The notes below the pieces were generated by a model. The model was not told the origin of the DNA and searched no databases. It saw nothing but the letters and a program-made list of their open reading frames with translations. From Chitinophagales bacterium (GTDB taxonomy: Bacteria; Bacteroidota; Bacteroidia; Chitinophagales; Chitinophagaceae), in NCBI GenBank assembly GCA_044448365.1, contig JBIOGV010000001.1, positions 1 to 51,880 on the forward strand: a DNA stretch of 51,880 nucleotides, given 5' to 3'. Shown piece by piece: positions 38,918 to 47,537 of this stretch (position 1 is the stretch's first letter; each line of letters begins with the position of its first letter). Position numbers and translations under genes: made by a program.

Positions 38918-39973
38918 ATGAAAAAGATTTTGCTGATAGAAGACAATGATGACGTTCGCAATAATACTGCTGAGATACTGGAACTGGCCAATTACAAAGT
39001 CCTCACTGCAGAAAACGGTAAAAGAGGAGTGGAAATAGCTTTGAAAGAAAACCCCGATCTGATTGTATGTGATATTATGATGCCGGTATTGGATGGATAT
39101 GGAGTATTACATGCGCTTCAAAAAAATAAAGAAACAATGAATACGCCCTTTATTTTCCTGACGGCAAAAACTGAAAAAGCAGAGGTTAGAAGAGGTATGG
39201 AATTGGGCGCGGATGATTATATTACGAAACCATTTTCAGGCACGGAACTTCTAAATGCCTTAGATGGCCGCTTAAAAAAGGCAGAACTTTTAAGACAACA
39301 ATTTTCACAGGGACCTGTTCAAAAAAATGAAACAGAAAAAACCCTGGCAAAAGGTATGCTCAGGGAGCTGATTGAAGGGAGAAACATAAATAAATACAAA
39401 AAAAAGCAAATCATTTACTTTGAAGGCAACAGGCCTGCGAGATTGTTTTATATCCAAAAAGGCAAAGTAAAAACTTACAAAACAAATGATGATGGAAAAG
39501 AATTAGTAGTTGAATTATTGAACAAGGGAGATTTCCTGGGTTATGCAGCTTTGCTGGAAGGTGCGAACTACAAAGAAACGGCTGAAACAATAGAAGATGC
39601 TGAATTGGCCATTGTTCCAAAAGAAGATTTTGATGAATTAATGAATAATAGCCATGAAGCAGCACGAACTTTCATCAGGCTGCTTACAAAAAACATCCAG
39701 GAAAAAGAAGAGCATTTGGTAGGACTAGCTTATAATTCATTACGAAAAAAGGTAGCTACTGCCTTACTCGAGCTTGACGAAAAATATAACCAGGATTCAC
39801 AAGCAAACTTTTCTATAAACATCAGTCGTGAGAATTTAGCCACAATTGCCGGTACAGCTACTGAATCACTGATCAGGACACTTGCTGATTTTAAGAAAGA
39901 ACAGCTTATTGATATGGATCACGGGGTCATTACCCTTCTGAATAAGCACAAACTCGAAAACATGTTTAACTAA
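38918..39973 (+). CDS. Response regulator with receiver + cNMP-binding + Crp/Fnr-type HTH output
   Basis: REC motifs (EDNDD, CDIMMP, LTA, KPF), then a cNMP-binding-like beta-roll (FEGN...LFYIQKGKVK...GDFLGY) and a C-terminal HTH (ISRENLATIAGTATESLIRTL). Confidence 0.85.
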   Translation: MKKILLIEDNDDVRNNTAEILELANYKVLTAENGKRGVEIALKENPDLIVCDIMMPVLDGYGVLHALQKNKETMNTPFIFLTAKTEKAEVRRGMELGADDYITKPFSGTELLNALDGRLKKAELLRQQFSQGPVQKNETEKTLAKGMLRELIEGRNINKYKKKQIIYFEGNRPARLFYIQKGKVKTYKTNDDGKELVVELLNKGDFLGYAALLEGANYKETAETIEDAELAIVPKEDFDELMNNSHEAARTFIRLLTKNIQEKEEHLVGLAYNSLRKKVATALLELDEKYNQDSQANFSINISRENLATIAGTATESLIRTLADFKKEQLIDMDHGVITLLNKHKLENMFN

Positions 39974-40187
39974 TGATTCCATAAATAGTTTATCTGATCA
40001 GGGTCACTATTTTTTTATAGCCATCATTTTTTACTCCTCACCTCTGAAAGTAGATTTGATGCTGAAAGTAGCATATGAAGCGAAATAACCGGTATATCAA
40101 AAAAGGGGAACAGAATTCCATCCGGTTATTACCAATAAAAACCGGAAGTCTTCGGTTAAGCGATACAAGAGCTTCTCGACCGGGAAC

Positions 40188-40212
40188 AAAAAAAGGATGC
40201 ACCATCCTTTTA
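40188..40212. terminator. Intrinsic terminator hairpin flanked by an A-run and a T-run (bidirectional; stronger on the minus strand)
   Basis: AAAAAAAGGATG-CAC-CATCCTTTT. On the minus strand the stem is followed by T7. Confidence 0.55.
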
Positions 40213-40354
40213 TACAAAATCAATCCATAAAGCCAGGAAGTACGACCTGTTGAGACAGGAACTGACTATACACGATTCTTTGACCTGATTATTATGACTG
40301 CTAAAATGGCAAGATTTTCCACTGCCTTTGTTTATCAGGCCTGCCGGGTAATAA

Positions 40355-40753
40355 TCAATTTTCGGTAAAACAAATGTCGAGGAACCTGTTAAAATCCTTT
40401 TTAAGTTCAATAGAATTAGTATCCAAAATTCTTAATTCCTTGCTTAATCGTTTTATCCAATGATTTACCTGCTTTTCATAATGATCATTTATTCCGGGAT
40501 CTTCCAACAATGATCTTTCAAGTTTTGTAAGATCTTTCCACATAAGCCTGAACGTTTCATCTTGCCGCAAAAACTGATTTTGATATCCTTCTGCTATTTC
40601 CAGCAGATCTTCGGCTTTCCCGTTGCTATTCTTTAGTATTTCCACCAGTTTATCTTTTTGAAGAAGATTCTCATGTTGAAGGAATACCAGTGTTTTTTTC
40701 CATGATTCTATTTCCTGGATCGTTTGTTTTAATGTAAAATTCATTTGATTCAT
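40355..40753 (-). CDS. Hypothetical coiled-coil-like protein
   Basis: 132-codon ORF with an ATG start, 12 nt downstream of the 40766-40981 ORF. No family recognised. Confidence 0.45.
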   Translation of the reverse strand: MNQMNFTLKQTIQEIESWKKTLVFLQHENLLQKDKLVEILKNSNGKAEDLLEIAEGYQNQFLRQDETFRLMWKDLTKLERSLLEDPGINDHYEKQVNHWIKRLSKELRILDTNSIELKKDFNRFLDICFTEN

Positions 40754-40765
40754 GGGTGAGTAAGA

Positions 40766-40981
40766 TTATTTTTTTATTGTCTCCGGCATGTCCAGGTAGG
40801 CATTTTCCCGGCTATCACTGGTACTGTCCTGAAAATATTTAAAAAGTTTTCCTTTGCTTATTGAATCCGTTAGGGGAATGTTTGCCCGCGCAGATTGTAT
40901 AGAATCTTTACCAGAAAGAGATAAGAGGAGACCGGCATACACAATGATCCAGCCGATTGATATTTCAGAATGAAGTTTCAT
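40766..40981 (-). CDS. Hypothetical small membrane/exported protein
   Basis: 71 codons with an N-terminal hydrophobic segment. It pairs with 40355-40753. Confidence 0.35.
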   Translation of the reverse strand: MKLHSEISIGWIIVYAGLLLSLSGKDSIQSARANIPLTDSISKGKLFKYFQDSTSDSRENAYLDMPETIKK

Positions 40982-41080
40982 TTTCTGTCATCAAATTGTG
41001 GGCTTACTTACATAGTTAGTTTACCGGTTCAAAAATTAATTTATATACGCAATGATATTTTACCCGGACCATATATTCAA

Positions 41081-41092
41081 TGACTGCTATCA
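41081..41092. promoter_or_regulatory. FNR/CRP-like box TGAC-TGCT-ATCA
   Basis: In the divergent region between the 40981(-) and 41228(+) starts. Matches TGAY-N4-RTCA. Confidence 0.45.
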
Positions 41093-41227
41093 ATGAAAAA
41101 TCCGATTGTTATCAGAAAAAAACGATTGATTATTTCATCAATGATATATGTCAGATTTTTAAGTGAGGGTGGTCATTTTCCGGGCGGCCACTTTTAATAA
41201 TCTTGAAGCGAGTAAATTATTTATTAT

Positions 41228-41695
41228 ATGAAAGGGAGCAAACAAATGATTGAAACGCTGAATGCACTTCTATCTGATGAATTGACCGCGGTGAATCAAT
41301 ACATCGTTCATTCTGAAATGTGCCAGAATTGGGGATACAAACATCTTCACGACATAATCAGGCAAAGAGCTATTGGGGAAATGAAGCATGCTGAAAAATT
41401 GATTGAACGCATCCTGTTTCTTGAGGGCATTCCTTCTGTTGACAGACTCAATAAGATTGCCATTGGCAATAGCATTGAAGAGCAATTCAAAAATGACCGG
41501 GCAGCAGAACAGGAAGCCCTTGAAGCTTACAATAATGCTATCAACCTGGCTGTAAGCTGTAATGATGATGGTACAGCGGAACTATTTTGTTCAATCCTTG
41601 CTGATGAAGAAAACCATCTTGATTGGTTAGAAACACAACTTGAACAGATTCACCAGGTAGAGCTTCCAAATTATTTATTAGAGCAAATCGCCTGA
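41228..41695 (+). CDS. bfr: Bacterioferritin
   Basis: MKGSKQMIETLNALLSDELTAVNQYIVHSEMCQNWGY...EMKHAEKLIERILFLEG is a typical Bfr sequence. Confidence 0.9.
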   Translation: MKGSKQMIETLNALLSDELTAVNQYIVHSEMCQNWGYKHLHDIIRQRAIGEMKHAEKLIERILFLEGIPSVDRLNKIAIGNSIEEQFKNDRAAEQEALEAYNNAINLAVSCNDDGTAELFCSILADEENHLDWLETQLEQIHQVELPNYLLEQIA

Positions 41696-41947
41696 TTTAT
41701 TTTGACGGCAAACAGAGATTTTTCTGATAACCATCATTGTTTCAGCACAGCAGCCAAATGTACTTTTGCATGGTTTCAATTCGGATGAGCCGATTAAGCA
41801 GGAAAGTAGAGATGGCAGTTTAAAAGACAGTAAACTAGAAATCCGAAACAGGATAAAAACTGTTAGCTTAATCAGGACGAGGTCGGATTAAACAGGCGAG
41901 TGCAGAAGCACAGTAAAGAAAAGGCGATAAACTGCATGAGCCGTTTG

Positions 41948-41980
41948 CAAGGCAGGTTTTATTACGCCTGCCTTGTTTTT
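41948..41980 (+). terminator. Rho-independent terminator
   Basis: AAGGCAGG-loop-CCTGCCTT followed by GTTTTTAT, ~250 nt downstream of the bfr stop. Confidence 0.7.
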
Positions 41981-42068
41981 ATAGTAACTCAAAAAATGGT
42001 AACCTTCAGGTAATTTTTTTAATCCCAGTTCCAAATTATCATTTTTTCCTACCGGTCATTTTTTTCTT

Positions 42069-42080
42069 TGACCATCATCA
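42069..42080. promoter_or_regulatory. FNR/CRP-like box TGAC-CATC-ATCA
   Basis: About 100 nt upstream of the 42178 ATG. The same 12-mer occurs in inverse orientation at 43621-43632. Confidence 0.5.
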
Positions 42081-42177
42081 TTTCCGGGCAAAGGGAGTAA
42101 CTCTAATTTTGATATATGTTTTTAATCATGCATTTATGATATTGAAAAATTCGATTTAATAATTTTAAAATTTTTTT

Positions 42178-42891
42178 ATGAAAAGGACTTTATTATTGTT
42201 GGTTGCCGTTCTATCATTATATATGACTGGAATGGCCCAGGAAAGAAGAGCAAGTCCTGAGAAAAAGGGGTTTTTGATCCTTTCGGCTGGCCCATCGTTT
42301 CCTGTCGGTGATTTTAGTTCAACCGATTTTCTTAACAACAGCCAGGCTGCTTATGCAAAAACCGGATTTGCAATTGATCTCCACGGAGGGTATAATTTCA
42401 TCAAAAATTTTGGACTTGGTGGATCAATATTTTATTCCCATTATTCGTTTGATGAACAACGGCTAAAAGATCAATTAGTGGCAGCAGGTGCCCCGAGTGA
42501 AATGAATATCTCTGTGGATCACTGGCAGTATTATGGTTTAGTAGTGGGTCCGATAATAACGGGGAATGTTTCCACTAAAACGATTGTAGATTTTAGTCTA
42601 ATGACTGGTGTTGCCCGTGCCAATTCACCAAAAGCAGAAGTAAGTATCGCTGGCACTTCGGGGTCAACGGCCGAAGATTGGGCCACTGCTGTTCCCATGA
42701 AGGTGAGTGGCGGAATACGTTTTCAGGTTGGACAAAATGGCTATTTATTTACGGGGTTGGATTATATGTATATGGAACCGAAATTCAACTTCACTGCTTC
42801 AGGTGAATTGAACACTTCAGCAGAAAATGTTCCAGCCCGCCAAAAAATGACTTCCTTGAATTTCACAGTTGGTGCTGGAATCAGGTTCTGA
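42178..42891 (+). CDS. Outer membrane beta-barrel protein (OmpA-barrel/porin-like)
   Basis: Signal peptide, alternating strands, and a C-terminal ...FTVGAGIRF with terminal Phe. Confidence 0.7.
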   Translation: MKRTLLLLVAVLSLYMTGMAQERRASPEKKGFLILSAGPSFPVGDFSSTDFLNNSQAAYAKTGFAIDLHGGYNFIKNFGLGGSIFYSHYSFDEQRLKDQLVAAGAPSEMNISVDHWQYYGLVVGPIITGNVSTKTIVDFSLMTGVARANSPKAEVSIAGTSGSTAEDWATAVPMKVSGGIRFQVGQNGYLFTGLDYMYMEPKFNFTASGELNTSAENVPARQKMTSLNFTVGAGIRF

Positions 42892-42905
42892 GGATTTGGG
42901 CATCC

Positions 42906-42941
42906 AAAAAAAATACCCTTCGTTTTGAAGGGTATTTTTTT
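42906..42941. terminator. Bidirectional intrinsic terminator between convergent genes
   Basis: A-run, 9-bp stem ATACCCTTC/GAAGGGTAT, 5-nt loop, T-run. Confidence 0.8.
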
Positions 42942-43013
42942 GAAGCTTCTTTTCTTTTTAGCCAAATTGAATTTTAAAAATGAAAGTTGTTTAAAATATT
43001 TTTTGCTCTTTTC

Positions 43014-43499
43014 TTAGTCTCTCCTAAACAACCCGATCAGCTCTCCAAAACCAATAATATGGTCGTTCATTGCTTTTTCAAGATCATCTTTGTTTGAACT
43101 GACAGGAATATCAAGTTTACAATCCAGCGCATAAACCTTGAAAAAATACCGATGGGTTCCTTTGGGGGGACACGGACCTGAATAAATATGTTTGCCAAAA
43201 TCATTCATGCCCTGTATTCCGGGAGCTTCTTCTTCTTTCAGGTGATGTGTAATGGGAATATTCCACATCATCCAATGTAACCAGGTTCCAAGCGGTGCAT
43301 CGGGATCATCGACAATAATTGCAAGGCTTGCAGCTTTTTTGGGAATATGATCAATGTTCAATGAAGGATTCACATTTTTTCCATCACAGGTATATCGCCT
43401 GGGTATGAAATCATTCTGTTTAAACAATGCGGACGTAACATCAATTTTTTTATATGTTACCCCTGTCCTCTCTTCAGATTCAAAAGGATGATAGTTCAT
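43014..43499 (-). CDS. YbhB/YbcL family Raf kinase inhibitor-like (PEBP) protein
   Basis: DDPDAP...WLHW and GPCPPKGTHRYFFKVYALD motifs. Confidence 0.9.
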   Translation of the reverse strand: MNYHPFESEERTGVTYKKIDVTSALFKQNDFIPRRYTCDGKNVNPSLNIDHIPKKAASLAIIVDDPDAPLGTWLHWMMWNIPITHHLKEEEAPGIQGMNDFGKHIYSGPCPPKGTHRYFFKVYALDCKLDIPVSSNKDDLEKAMNDHIIGFGELIGLFRRD

Positions 43500-43620
43500 A
43501 AAAATTATTTGATAATTAGATAAAGATTTTGAAGTAGAGGTACTGCAATGGAAGTTTTAATTATTTACAAAAGAAGTTTATTAATCCGCAGTAATCAATG
43601 AGGGGAATCATCATTTTTTG

Positions 43621-43632
43621 TGATGATGGTCA
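43621..43632. promoter_or_regulatory. FNR/CRP-like box (minus-strand reading TGAC-CATC-ATCA)
   Basis: About 125 nt upstream of the PEBP ATG. It overlaps the palindrome ATCATCA-N7-TGATGAT (43607-43627). Confidence 0.5.
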
Positions 43633-43733
43633 TTTAAGGTATCAACTGGTGCATTTTTTAAAAATTGAAACACATCATTAAAATTATGATGCTGGCCTTA
43701 TTTTCAATAACAATGAGTACTGGCAAAAAACCA

Positions 43734-44051
43734 TCAATCAAGCAATGATTGCAAGTGTTCCAGGATTTCATGGGCCGATGAGATCCCATTTTTTCTCCAT
43801 ATCGCCTGCCCTTTATGAAAAATGATCAGGGTGGGTACTGTTTGTATATTATGAAATTCAGCTAACTCCTGTTCTTTCTCAACATCTATATTCAGAATGG
43901 CCGCTCTTTCACCGACTTTCTCTTTTACCTCCTGAAATATTGGTGCCATCAGTTTGCTGGGTTGCGACCATTCAGCAAAAAAATCAATTACAACCGGTCT
44001 GTTGCCCTGTATGTGTGATTCATAATTCATAAACAATTGTAGTAACTCCAA
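43734..44051 (-). CDS. Thioredoxin-fold protein lacking both active-site cysteines (WSQPSK instead of WCGPCK)
   Basis: VVIDFFAEWSQPSKLMAPIF...VPTLIIF follows the Trx pattern. The start is the TTG at 44051 or the ATG at 44030. Confidence 0.75.
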   Translation of the reverse strand: MELLQLFMNYESHIQGNRPVVIDFFAEWSQPSKLMAPIFQEVKEKVGERAAILNIDVEKEQELAEFHNIQTVPTLIIFHKGQAIWRKNGISSAHEILEHLQSLLD

Positions 44052-44110
44052 TAAATCAATTAACTAAAGTAGCCTCCTTCGTCAGTGATATTTCATAGCA
44101 GGATGCATTT

Positions 44111-44779
44111 TTAAAAAACGCCAATTTCTTCTTCAACAATCAACCTGTTATCTACTGTAGTTACACCGGGTGCCGGCCACACTGCATTTTCGGCATCTTC
44201 TTTTTCGGCCAATGATCTGACGATTCCTTTCAGAATTACTTTTGAGCCAATTATTTCTGCCGTGACCTTTTCAGCATCAATCGTTGCATGGCGGTGGAAT
44301 GCTGCGCTGATCTTCTTTTCTATATCCTTTGCTGCCACTTTCGGTTTAACAATGATAAAATTGAAAACATCCCGTACTCCCGGAAGGTTTTCAATAGCAG
44401 TAACAGCGGCTTTGCGTTGATATTCCCATTCAACATCACCCTCAAGTGTTACTGTTCCATTTTCGACCTTGATCCTGATCCTGTCTTCCATTACAGCCGT
44501 GTGTAACCTTAATGCATTGAGAACTGTTTCGGCAATTTCACTGTCCGTTTTTTTAAAGATTGGAGAAACGCCAACCTGAATGTTAGGGGCAACGGCCCTG
44601 ACACCGTATACTTTTCTGGCAGCTCTTTCTGCTTCCATCTTTTTTGTATACGTATCTACAATTCCTGAAAGGGTAACCACGCCATCTTTTACAGCCACTC
44701 CTATTTCTGACGCATTCAGTATAGGCTCCCAGTTAAGTTGGGCCATTACATTTTTTTGAATTTGATAATCGGTTTTCAT
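44111..44779 (-). CDS. BON domain protein (three BON repeats, OsmY-like)
   Basis: Repeated ...V.V.DG.VTL.G.V... modules. The ATG at 44779 is preferred (MKTDYQIQ...). Confidence 0.8.
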   Translation of the reverse strand: MKTDYQIQKNVMAQLNWEPILNASEIGVAVKDGVVTLSGIVDTYTKKMEAERAARKVYGVRAVAPNIQVGVSPIFKKTDSEIAETVLNALRLHTAVMEDRIRIKVENGTVTLEGDVEWEYQRKAAVTAIENLPGVRDVFNFIIVKPKVAAKDIEKKISAAFHRHATIDAEKVTAEIIGSKVILKGIVRSLAEKEDAENAVWPAPGVTTVDNRLIVEEEIGVF

Positions 44780-44866
44780 GATCAAGAATTTTAGTTACCA
44801 ATAAATTTTGATTCGAAACTATATCTATGATTATTTCCAATCAATGCCTGTTGTCACATTTAAGAA

Positions 44867-44878
44867 TGACAGGTATCA
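44867..44878. promoter_or_regulatory. FNR/CRP-like box TGAC-AGGT-ATCA
   Basis: About 90 nt upstream of the BON gene start. Confidence 0.45.
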
Positions 44879-44980
44879 GGAATAACGATTTCATAAAGGA
44901 TGTAAAATGATCCCAATAAGATGCTGTCAAACTGCGCTTCTTAATCATTAAAATATTCGTGAGGCGTTCAGCATTTAGAA

Positions 44981-45802
44981 CTACTCAAGGATAGAAAGAA
45001 CAGGGACACGGGGATGACGAATAAGTTGCTTCGATTTGCTTTTATGAAAAAGTCGCGCAAAAAATCCATATTTTGCCGGTATTGTCACAAGCAGGTCCGG
45101 ATGGTTTTGTTCAATATACTCATCAATAGCTTCTGTCACTTTGTCTTCATAAATAAAATGAAATTCAGGATTGAACTGTTCCAACTCATTTTGCAATGCT
45201 ATCGTACCGGCGGCATATTCCGGCTTATTTTGAAATTTTTTAACCACATTCACAATATCCAGTTTTGCATTAAATAGTTTTATCCAATCCTTCAGAAATT
45301 GCAAAGGCGTGATTTTTCCAGGTTCTCTTAAATCTGCGGCGAGTACAATTTTTCTGATGTTTTTATAAGAGGTTTGTTCAGGAACAATTAAAACGGGAGT
45401 TGAAATTCCATGTATAGCGGCCAAAGCGTGGTTTTCAGTAAACAAGTGTTCGATTGCTGTTGTTTTATCTGTTCCCAAAACAATGGCAAAGGCTTTTTTT
45501 TCCCGGGCTTCTTCCTGTAATAAGCCGGGTACAGATCCAATGGGTATTTTAGTATCAATTTTTATTTTATTTTTTACATGTTCTGCCAATTTATCCCTGA
45601 GTTTTTTGAGTTCTTCTTCCGAGTCTTCGATCATCTCATCGAAAGCATAACCGGATATGGGAATTTCACTGATAGTAACGGGCAGCTGTACTATATTTAT
45701 CAATGATAATTCTGCATTCATAGCTGCTGCTAAATCAGCTGCGTAGTATGCCGCATTGTATGAAACCGGGGAAAAATCTGTGGCCGCGATGATCGTTCTC
45801 AT
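44981..45802 (-). CDS. Universal stress protein (tandem USP domains)
   Basis: Two UspA-like halves (IIAATDFS..., KIVLAADL...), ~273 aa. Confidence 0.85.
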   Translation of the reverse strand: MRTIIAATDFSPVSYNAAYYAADLAAAMNAELSLINIVQLPVTISEIPISGYAFDEMIEDSEEELKKLRDKLAEHVKNKIKIDTKIPIGSVPGLLQEEAREKKAFAIVLGTDKTTAIEHLFTENHALAAIHGISTPVLIVPEQTSYKNIRKIVLAADLREPGKITPLQFLKDWIKLFNAKLDIVNVVKKFQNKPEYAAGTIALQNELEQFNPEFHFIYEDKVTEAIDEYIEQNHPDLLVTIPAKYGFFARLFHKSKSKQLIRHPRVPVLSILE

Positions 45803-45874
45803 AAACTTATTTTTTTGTAATTAAAAGTAGGCAAGACCTGGGAGATAAGAAATGATTTGAATTAAGGCCAAAAA

Positions 45875-45886
45875 TGATTGGGATCA
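45875..45886. promoter_or_regulatory. FNR/CRP-like box TGAT-TGGG-ATCA
   Basis: About 78 nt upstream of the USP start at 45802. Confidence 0.45.
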
Positions 45887-45922
45887 CACTCATTAAAAAT
45901 TCTTTTCTGATAGTTATTTTGA

Positions 45923-46408
45923 TCAATGGTACATAGTCAGCGGTGGAATTGAAGTGCTTTCAAACTTTCCGCTTTTTTCTTTCAAACAGATTTTGAATAC
46001 AATTCCCGGAATATCATTTAACCCATTTGAACCTTCTCCTGAAAATGGCCATGTTTTACCCAAATGGGTAGTAACACTTGAAGAAACGGGCAATCGCCTT
46101 TGGAGAAGGATCTTCAATATTTTTATTTTTTCTTCCTTATCATTTATTTCCTCAAACTCACCCCAGGTGATCACGCTTTTCCAATTGGCCATATCTTTCA
46201 TGTCATCAATCTGGAAACAAACCTTTGGATTCTTACGCATCATTTCCATCTTTTTGCCTTCATAAGTGTGACAATAGATATTGCAGCCATCATAGGCATA
46301 GCTGATCGGAACAACATATACAACATCGTTGTCATAACAACCTATGCGACCAACACATTGCTTTGAAAGCAGGTTTTCAATTTCTTCAGATGATAATTTC
46401 CCGATCAT
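45923..46408 (-). CDS. Pyridoxamine 5'-phosphate oxidase family (FMN-binding split barrel) protein
   Basis: MIGKLSSEEIENLLSKQCVGRIGC...VYVVPISYAYDG pattern. The ATG at 46408 is preferred over the TTG at 46426. Confidence 0.8.
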   Translation of the reverse strand: MIGKLSSEEIENLLSKQCVGRIGCYDNDVVYVVPISYAYDGCNIYCHTYEGKKMEMMRKNPKVCFQIDDMKDMANWKSVITWGEFEEINDKEEKIKILKILLQRRLPVSSSVTTHLGKTWPFSGEGSNGLNDIPGIVFKICLKEKSGKFESTSIPPLTMYH

Positions 46409-46660
46409 AAATTTTTTCTGAATCAAAATTATATTCTCTTCTTTATGGACTAAATGACGACTGTCAGAACTACTGCTGATTGTGATTTCTCCTTAAAAGT
46501 TTAGGCGTTTTCTAAGAAATATGTGCCAACAATCATCAATTTCAATGATGGTGCTCACGGTTTACTGGTCATCCTTTAAATACCTTCGGAAATATGAATA
46601 AAAATGAGTAAGGGAAAGTCCGAAACCTTTTTACAAAGCAGGCAATTAAATAATTGTTAT

Positions 46661-47302
46661 ATGAAAGCTCTGAAAAAAATCAGTGTTATTGCGGTGTTCT
46701 TGATTTCGCTGTATTGTTTACCCGGATGCAGTACTCCTTCCTATACGGCCTTTGATGTTCATTACACAAATCCTTTATGGGCTCCGCCTTATTATGAAGG
46801 TGTCAGGTATTACTATCTTCCCGATATTGAAGTGTATTACGATCTGACTGATGAAGAGTTTGCATACCTGGACAATGGTCAATGGTTTTTTTCGTCAGTA
46901 TTACCACCCATGTATAGTAACTATGACCTTTTTAATGGCTTTGTGATTGCTCTCAATGTGAATGTATTCCAGCCATGGAGGCATCACCAATATTATGTTT
47001 CTCACTATCCGCGCTATTACTATCACAGCTTTTACCGCAATGCAGATATTTCTAATCTGAGAGGCTTCAATGAAAATGAGCGCAAAGAGATCTATTGGAA
47101 ACAGGAAGAAAGAAACAGGATTAATGACTTACGAAAAAATTTTACACCGGAAAAGAAAAAGGAAATATCCGTTCAACCGCAGCAACCTGATTATCGGGGA
47201 AAAAAAATTGGTCATCCTGTTAAGGTAAGGCCTGAAATGAGGGAAAATAAGAACGGCAACAGAAGGCCGGGAGATCATTCTAATAAACCAAGACACGGTT
47301 AA
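46661..47302 (+). CDS. Hypothetical Tyr-rich lipoprotein with basic C-terminal tail
   Basis: The ATG at 46661 gives the lipobox LPGC. No family recognised. Confidence 0.55.
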   Translation: MKALKKISVIAVFLISLYCLPGCSTPSYTAFDVHYTNPLWAPPYYEGVRYYYLPDIEVYYDLTDEEFAYLDNGQWFFSSVLPPMYSNYDLFNGFVIALNVNVFQPWRHHQYYVSHYPRYYYHSFYRNADISNLRGFNENERKEIYWKQEERNRINDLRKNFTPEKKKEISVQPQQPDYRGKKIGHPVKVRPEMRENKNGNRRPGDHSNKPRHG

Positions 47303-47355
47303 ACAGCCAGGCCTTTAAGGCGATTTCCTGAAGCTTTTTATTTTCGAAAGAATGA

Positions 47356-47502
47356 GAAGAATTTTTAAGAATAGCTTCTTTGGTTCCTATTAAAAATGAA
47401 ACACAAACGTTCCCATTAAGCAAAACAAATGATGCTTTAGAAAGTTTCAGGAAAGGAAAAATTCAGGGAGCTGCGGTATTAGTAATGGATCGGATGCTTT
47501 GA
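47356..47502 (+). pseudogene. Remnant of the C-terminus of a zinc-type alcohol dehydrogenase (about 48 codons, no start)
   Basis: The translation EEFLRIASLVPIKNETQTFPLSKTNDALESFRKGKIQGAAVLVMD resembles the ADH C-terminal consensus (...FPL...N.A......GK..GRAVLV). An in-frame stop lies immediately upstream. Confidence 0.55.
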
Positions 47503-47537
47503 TGTGATGTTTAGTTTTGTTCCCTGAGTTAGTTGAA

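Noticed and set aside
40038-40410. The small minus-strand ORFs 40038-40223 and 40210-40410.
   Set aside because: They overlap a terminator hairpin and intergenic hairpins. Their composition is odd and no family was recognised.
41126-41141. TTGAT-N6-ATCAA (or TGAT-TATT-TCAT) upstream of bfr as an additional regulator box.
   Set aside because: The spacing or half-site does not fit the TGAY-N4-RTCA pattern of the other sites. I kept only the 41081 box for this region.
46533-46544. TCAT-CAAT-TTCA (reverse complement TGAA-ATTG-ATGA) in the divergent PNPOx/lipoprotein promoter region.
   Set aside because: There is one mismatch in each half-site. It is plausible as a weak site but not strong enough to list as a feature.
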